The position numbers were made by a program, and so were the translations under genes. Of a DNA stretch of 64,000 bases, positions 58,984 through 64,000 are shown piece after piece. Position 1 is the first letter of the stretch; each line of letters starts with the position of its first letter. Origin of the DNA: a virus; IMG/VR virus record IMGVR_UViG_3300031603_000002, positions 32,596 through 96,595 of that record, one strand, 5' to 3'. The notes below the pieces were generated by a model. The model was not told the origin of the DNA. It ran no database searches and saw nothing but the letters and a program-made list of their open reading frames with translations.

Positions 58984-59290
58984 CACACTAATCATGAGCG
59001 AAGAGCTTGAAAACAGGGTAGGCAACCTACTTGAAGAGTCAACAGGCACGGGATTACAGTTGAGCATCCCTTCGCTATTCGCATCGTTTGATGTTGTAGG
59101 GTGGGACACAATTGATAACAGCATTTCAATTCACTCGCCCGCGAGACATCTCATTCAGTTTTTCAGAGATTTACCGCTTCATGGTCTTGTATGCGAATCA
59201 GCAATTGTTGCAAATCATACGAATGCCGAGTGCAATGAAGGTGTATGGACTGTTCGCCTTTTTTTGAATGATATGACACATGTCGGATGA
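58955..59290 (+). CDS. hypothetical protein
   Basis: packed ORF. Confidence 0.5.
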   Translation: MTTSQHSTDSTLIMSEELENRVGNLLEESTGTGLQLSIPSLFASFDVVGWDTIDNSISIHSPARHLIQFFRDLPLHGLVCESAIVANHTNAECNEGVWTVRLFLNDMTHVG

Positions 59291-59306
59291 CGGGATATTT
59301 ATGGTT

Positions 59307-59474
59307 ATGCAAGAATTTAATTTTGACAAGTTTATGAAGGACATCGAGAAACGTACTGAAAAGAACAAAACTCGAAAGAAACAGCAGAAACGTGATGAGG
59401 ATGAGTCACTTGGAAAAAAGTGGCGCCGCCGATATCAGGAACTGCCAGGCAACAAAATAAGGTATGATAAATGA
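59307..59474 (+). CDS. small basic late protein
   Basis: ATATTTA 5 nt upstream of ATG. Confidence 0.55.
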   Translation: MQEFNFDKFMKDIEKRTEKNKTRKKQQKRDEDESLGKKWRRRYQELPGNKIRYDK

Positions 59475-60148
59475 GTTTTCTCGACGAGCTTGATGATTTG
59501 GTTGTAAAGGCAGTTAATGAGACGTTTGGCTCTCGTGAACGATTGCGTCAAAAAGTACAATCAAAAAAGATAGATAAGCATAATTTCCGGGCCCCCGCGA
59601 AGAACGAGGACGAAGAGGTTGTAGAAGTCGAAGATGATATTGAAGACGATGAGAAAGAAGAGAAGCCCAAGGGTATCAAGCTAACAGGCGATCCAGACGT
59701 GGCTGCTGCAAAGGTTGAAAAGCAGAAGACTGACATTGCAAAACAGACACCAGGAACTCCTACCTCAAAGAGCATGCATGATCCAACCGAGCAGGAACTG
59801 CAGGCACCGGATTTTCAGACGATTGCAAAAAACATAAATCTACTCAGAGGCGGTAAGTCAATCAAAGATACGATGGTTCGCAGGAACTTGAAAGCCTATA
59901 TTGATAAGCTTGATCAGGTCGAGCGCCGTGAGGTACTGATTTATCTGAACAGCCTGGCACAGGTAATGTCAGGGGTGTCGTCAGGAACAACAGCCGCCGA
60001 ACCAGATCATTCTGCGCCTGTAACAACTCCGAAAGAACAACCAAAACAGGCACAACCGCAAAAGAAGCAGGAACCAAAGAAGAACCTAAACAAAGGTTCC
60101 ACATTACCAAAGACGCGACAAGACGTAATCGTTGTTGGGGCATCATGA
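59471..60148 (+). CDS. late hypothetical protein
   Basis: VNE site; INLLRGGKSIKD. Confidence 0.65.
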   Translation: MSFLDELDDLVVKAVNETFGSRERLRQKVQSKKIDKHNFRAPAKNEDEEVVEVEDDIEDDEKEEKPKGIKLTGDPDVAAAKVEKQKTDIAKQTPGTPTSKSMHDPTEQELQAPDFQTIAKNINLLRGGKSIKDTMVRRNLKAYIDKLDQVERREVLIYLNSLAQVMSGVSSGTTAAEPDHSAPVTTPKEQPKQAQPQKKQEPKKNLNKGSTLPKTRQDVIVVGAS

Positions 60149-60507
60149 TAATTCCAATTGGTTCGGGCACAAATGTTAATGTCCTTATCGAACAAAAGAA
60201 GAAGACGGGACAACACAAATGTCTCACCGGTCGTGTCGTAAAATTCTACAGCGACCGAGCCCGCAGTGACATTGAAAAGAGAATCACCGATGCAACACAT
60301 TCACGCAACGAAGAAAAACTTCGGTCTGCGGCGCGAAGCCACTACAACGGCGTTTTGAAGGTTCTCCGCGGCAAACTCAGGGACATCAATCGTAACCTGC
60401 CCAAAGATGACATTTTAGAGTCCCACGTCGTCCCCAGAACGTCCCGAAGGTCACGCCATGGGGTATTACATGCCCAAAGACTCCTGAAGCTCTCTGGCGT
60501 CCTTTAG
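60145..60507 (+). CDS. late hypothetical protein
   Basis: LIE/ILES sites; RLLKLSGVL end. Confidence 0.6.
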   Translation: MIIPIGSGTNVNVLIEQKKKTGQHKCLTGRVVKFYSDRARSDIEKRITDATHSRNEEKLRSAARSHYNGVLKVLRGKLRDINRNLPKDDILESHVVPRTSRRSRHGVLHAQRLLKLSGVL

Positions 60508-60552
60508 GGTACATTGCCGATTCAATATTTATAATACAATCAAGGGGTTGTA

Positions 60553-61854
60553 ATGTCATCAAATTTAGAAACAAGAATAAATTACCTGACGGCGAAGCGA
60601 AAGTATGAGAAGATTCTTCGTGAAGCCAAGGTAATCGTTGAACAAAGATGGGATCCAGGTTCTGGTCCGGCGGTAAAGGCGTTCGTGAAACCATTCGCGG
60701 ATATTTTCAAAGCGTTAAAACTGACTGCAATGGATATCGGTAACTCGACAAGGCTTATTTTGGGGACGTTGCTTGCCTTCGACTCGAAAAAGCTGATTGA
60801 AAAAAGAAAGGCCTTTGAAGAGAGACGAGCAATGCTTCGTGCAGAATGGAAGCCCATCATCGGAGACTCGCTCGACGCGATCAAGAACGCTGACCCACTC
60901 CTTTCGTTTTCATTGATGCCCACAGCATATTTTGCAGCCCAGGGTCTAGCGGCCGGAATTAAGACGGGCGCGACCGCCGCCGAGATCATCTCAGGTGAAT
61001 CTTGGGAACGACTACTTGAAAAGTTGTGGAGAATGCCAACGGAGCTTGATGCCCTGAATGCAATTTTGAAGTTGCAATCGGAAGAAGCTGGCAAAGGTAA
61101 TAGCAAAGGTTCAACAATCAAAAGTAAGTTATCAAGACTCTTCTTTGGTGGGGAAACAAACGAATCAGTTCTCCGCGAACAAAAAGAAAAAGCAGCCAAG
61201 TATGACACAAGCAGCGAACAGGCATGGTTGGCAGATTTCTTCAAAGACACCGGTCTTGATCAGGCGTTTGATGAGGTTGCAGCGGATTCAATCAAAAACC
61301 AGCTTAGCGTTCAACAGGAGGTCGCATCAGCTACGCAGCGAATGCTCGTGGTCGCAGAACTAATTGGAACAGACTCAGTGGAGGATTTCCAGGAGGTCCT
61401 GAAAGCTGCTGTTTCAAAAAACCAATTGGACGCTGGCGATATATCAGAGTTCGAAAAGATCATACCACAAATCGAGCAGCAGGCAAAACAATTAGCAAAC
61501 AGTCAGGATTTTAGGGTTACTGCAGCGCAGACACAAGGTGTTGATGCAGAAAAGGTGACAGACGCAACGCTGGCAGATGCTGCACGTAAAGTGGCGTTTA
61601 ACGCCGGGAAGGTAAGTTTCAATGAACAAGCAATTGGTGGAGCCGGTGGACTCGGCATTGCAAATTTCGCATCCGAGATAAAAAAACTCCGCGAAGAAAC
61701 CAAGCTAGATTCAAAAACGATTGAGCAACTCAAAAAAAGAACGAATATCCCAGAAGCCAAGCAACTCATAGAGATTTACGAAAATTCCCAGCAAAGTTAT
61801 GATAAAGCACAACAGGCACTGACGAATGCGCTCGGTTCCTCACAAGCTAACTAG
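60553..61854 (+). CDS. late hypothetical protein
   Basis: ATATTTA at 60525; ILRE, IVE, LRE sites. Confidence 0.7.
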   Translation: MSSNLETRINYLTAKRKYEKILREAKVIVEQRWDPGSGPAVKAFVKPFADIFKALKLTAMDIGNSTRLILGTLLAFDSKKLIEKRKAFEERRAMLRAEWKPIIGDSLDAIKNADPLLSFSLMPTAYFAAQGLAAGIKTGATAAEIISGESWERLLEKLWRMPTELDALNAILKLQSEEAGKGNSKGSTIKSKLSRLFFGGETNESVLREQKEKAAKYDTSSEQAWLADFFKDTGLDQAFDEVAADSIKNQLSVQQEVASATQRMLVVAELIGTDSVEDFQEVLKAAVSKNQLDAGDISEFEKIIPQIEQQAKQLANSQDFRVTAAQTQGVDAEKVTDATLADAARKVAFNAGKVSFNEQAIGGAGGLGIANFASEIKKLREETKLDSKTIEQLKKRTNIPEAKQLIEIYENSQQSYDKAQQALTNALGSSQAN

Positions 61855-61867
61855 AGGTAAATTAACG

Positions 61868-62218
61868 ATGTCAAATCAATGGGTCCCAGAAATTTTTTAT
61901 GAAGATGATTCCGATGCTGCGCTGACCAGCCATATTCCATTCATCGCCGTTCCTGACGATGAAGAAATGCCGAAGATGCTCTTCATTTTTGAATCTAGGG
62001 AGTCCGGTGATGTCGAGCCAGGTCCTGATGGTGAGGAGTTGCCAATCACAGAACTTACGCTGACGCAGTATGCAAATACTGATACACTGAAGCGCAAACT
62101 TGATGCAGTGACATACGATAAAGTACGTTCAGCCCTAGGTTTGCAGCCGCTAGTTGAGGCAACAGCCGCCGGACAACAGATTACAGAAAACATCCGTAAA
62201 GCCATTTCATCTGTGTAA
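61868..62218 (+). CDS. hypothetical protein
   Basis: GAGG SD; WVPEIFYE. Confidence 0.65.
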   Translation: MSNQWVPEIFYEDDSDAALTSHIPFIAVPDDEEMPKMLFIFESRESGDVEPGPDGEELPITELTLTQYANTDTLKRKLDAVTYDKVRSALGLQPLVEATAAGQQITENIRKAISSV

Positions 62219-62241
62219 AAGTACATCGTTTGTGTTATAAT
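62214..62241 (+). promoter_or_regulatory. sigma70-like promoter
   Basis: TGTAAA-16-TATAAT. Confidence 0.75.
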
Positions 62242-62254
62242 GTTCTAGAGGCCA

Positions 62255-62932
62255 ATGGTGGCTGATGGAGCAAAAATGACGTACATCACACGTGAACATG
62301 CAAGATTGGCCCTTTCCGATATGAAAAAGTTCAATACTGAATTACAATCGTTGTATGGCAGGCATGGTTTGTCGATGGCGTCAAACACGGGCCGTCGTAA
62401 CATGATGATGTCACAACCGCAGGAACGTTTTTTTGCGAATGCCTTATCTTCATCATTTAGTGGTGTAAAAAACGATGGAAACACAGGTGCAGCTGATATC
62501 TTGATTGGCGAGCTTGACAAAGAGCTTGAGTGCAAGCTAACAACTCCGTATAAGTCTGGCGCTGTGGTGTTTCAAACGGATTATGCCACGCTACAAAAAA
62601 AGAAAAAGCTGGATTATCTTTACGTCATAGCTGATAAATCTTTTGAAAACTTCATCGCAATCCATTATACTGGTCTAGAGGTAACTGACTTCGCAAAGCC
62701 TCATGCATCTGGCAGGGGCAAAGCAAAGATGTTGAAGCATGTTGCTCTTCCTAAGCGAAGGGTTATTTGGGGAAACATTCATGATAAGAATGAAATCAGG
62801 TTGAAAAAGCTGAACACGCAACTTGATAATTGCTCACAGCGAGCGGTAAAAAAACGTGAAAAGTTGCTAAAACAAATTGAACATTGGAAAACAACACCCA
62901 CAGAATTCGTATATGAATTCGAGGCTGCATAA
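62255..62932 (+). CDS. putative PD-(D/E)XK nuclease
   Basis: QE..F...ADILI...ELECK. Confidence 0.5.
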   Translation: MVADGAKMTYITREHARLALSDMKKFNTELQSLYGRHGLSMASNTGRRNMMMSQPQERFFANALSSSFSGVKNDGNTGAADILIGELDKELECKLTTPYKSGAVVFQTDYATLQKKKKLDYLYVIADKSFENFIAIHYTGLEVTDFAKPHASGRGKAKMLKHVALPKRRVIWGNIHDKNEIRLKKLNTQLDNCSQRAVKKREKLLKQIEHWKTTPTEFVYEFEAA

Positions 62933-63352
62933 ATGTATAAAATTGGACAAGTATTATGGTTGGTTTCGAAGACATCGAGTTCAATTGCACCGGTACAGAT
63001 TGTATCGAAAACAACGACCGAGAATGTTGACGGGTTTGCGACGGCGCACACCATTCAAACTGTAGAGGGTCAAACTGCGTGTCTTGAAGATACGAAAGCG
63101 GACATTACAGTTTTCGAAACGTCAGCAGACGCCGAAAATCACCTGCTTGAAAACGCGAAGAGGTTCATCCAAGCTCTCAGCATGCAGGCGAAAGAAAAAG
63201 CAACGCACTTCGCGAAGGCACAGGCCGCACCGGCCGGGATGATGCCAGTGCCCCAAACAAAACAAACAGATCCAAACGTCAAGCAAATTGTTCTAGAGAA
63301 TGGAACAAAAGCAAATGTGAGCATGATCGTTCCAAAAGGCTTCCAAGCATGA
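62933..63352 (+). CDS. SH3-like hypothetical protein
   Basis: MYKIGQVLW...VFETSADAE. Confidence 0.6.
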   Translation: MYKIGQVLWLVSKTSSSIAPVQIVSKTTTENVDGFATAHTIQTVEGQTACLEDTKADITVFETSADAENHLLENAKRFIQALSMQAKEKATHFAKAQAAPAGMMPVPQTKQTDPNVKQIVLENGTKANVSMIVPKGFQA

Positions 63353-64000
63353 AAGTATTGATAATCGATTCGCATAACATGCTTCATCGTGCCAGGTTTG
63401 GTTTCGGGCGAGGCGACTACAAAATCTACTTCAATTTTTTCCGAATGCTCATGAGCGAAATGAAGCGTCACTCACCTGACATCATATATATTGTTGATGA
63501 GGGCACGCCAACTCAGTCGCTAAGTCTCCAGCCTGACTACAAGGCAAATCGTCCGAGGCTTGATCTCCCGCAGTTCCACCGCGAAAAAGCGGAGGTTTTC
63601 GAAACGATCAAGAACATATCTGGATTGGTATACATTCAGCATGACGACTTCGAGTGCGACGATGTAATTGGACAGATCGCAACTGATTTCCACAAGGACG
63701 ACGATGTAACAATCGTGTCGAACGATACGGATTTCATCCAGCTAATATCTGACACAGTCAAACTTTGGGATCCGAGGAAAAAAGCATTCACCGAACCGTG
63801 GTATTGTGATTACCTCATTTGGAAAGCCTTGAAAGGTGACCCAACGGACAATGTCCCGGGCGTTGCCGGCGTCGGTAAGAAGCGCGCAGATGCACTCGCA
63901 GTGGCACCAGAGCAACTCGAGGAGTTCCTTGATGCCAAGGAAGGTCGGCGGTATGCATATGAGACATCATATGCTGTCATCAAGCTCAAAAATGTCCCCA
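63349..64000 (+). CDS. second 5'-3' exonuclease (runs off the window; not in ORF track)
   Basis: MKVLIIDSHNMLHRA, YKANR, ECDDVIG, SNDTDFIQL, GDPTDNVPGVAGVG. Confidence 0.85.
   Translation, partial: MKVLIIDSHNMLHRARFGFGRGDYKIYFNFFRMLMSEMKRHSPDIIYIVDEGTPTQSLSLQPDYKANRPRLDLPQFHREKAEVFETIKNISGLVYIQHDDFECDDVIGQIATDFHKDDDVTIVSNDTDFIQLISDTVKLWDPRKKAFTEPWYCDYLIWKALKGDPTDNVPGVAGVGKKRADALAVAPEQLEEFLDAKEGRRYAYETSYAVIKLKNVP

Noticed and set aside
1-64000. Stop-codon reassignment, tRNAs, CRISPR arrays, introns/inteins in dnaE, nrdJ, recA or helicase
   Set aside because: Genes are intact in the standard code and end in all three stops; intergenic gaps are short with no cloverleaf or repeat-spacer pattern seen; core enzymes have ordinary lengths.

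Overview
The window is 64 kb of a large lytic myovirus (T4-like/jumbo-type) genome, densely coding, almost all on the + strand, in the standard genetic code. I saw no tRNA, rRNA, CRISPR array or integrase. Layout: (1) 0.7-15 kb contractile-tail module (tube, assembly chaperone, tape measure, baseplate proteins); (2) 15-25 kb replication/recombination (compact family A polymerase, gp32-like SSB, RecA/UvsX, 5'-3' exonuclease, DnaB-like helicase, class II RNR); (3) 25-46 kb accessory region (Dam-like MTase, ClpP, SLOG, ligase, macrodomain, PLD, Fpg, an unusual nucleotide-metabolism cluster, many small SH3-like ORFs, free-standing endonucleases); (4) 46-53 kb DnaE, epimerase, TK, DHH, dCMP deaminase; (5) 53-62 kb late cluster of probable head-internal proteins. 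The best candidate for a new system is three dispersed small proteins that each fuse an SH3-like scaffold to a different fragment resembling gp23-type major capsid protein. One fragment matches the T4 Gol peptide region, which suggests capsid-epitope decoys. Also notable: a shared N-terminal 'MKIT..LR.LIRE' leader plus a late promoter on diverse cargoes (ADP-ribosyltransferase, GNAT), leaderless late transcripts, a probable +1 frameshift in the tail chaperone, and a divergent ThyX next to a SAM methyltransferase. All homology calls come from motif recognition and recalled reference sequences; no searches were run.
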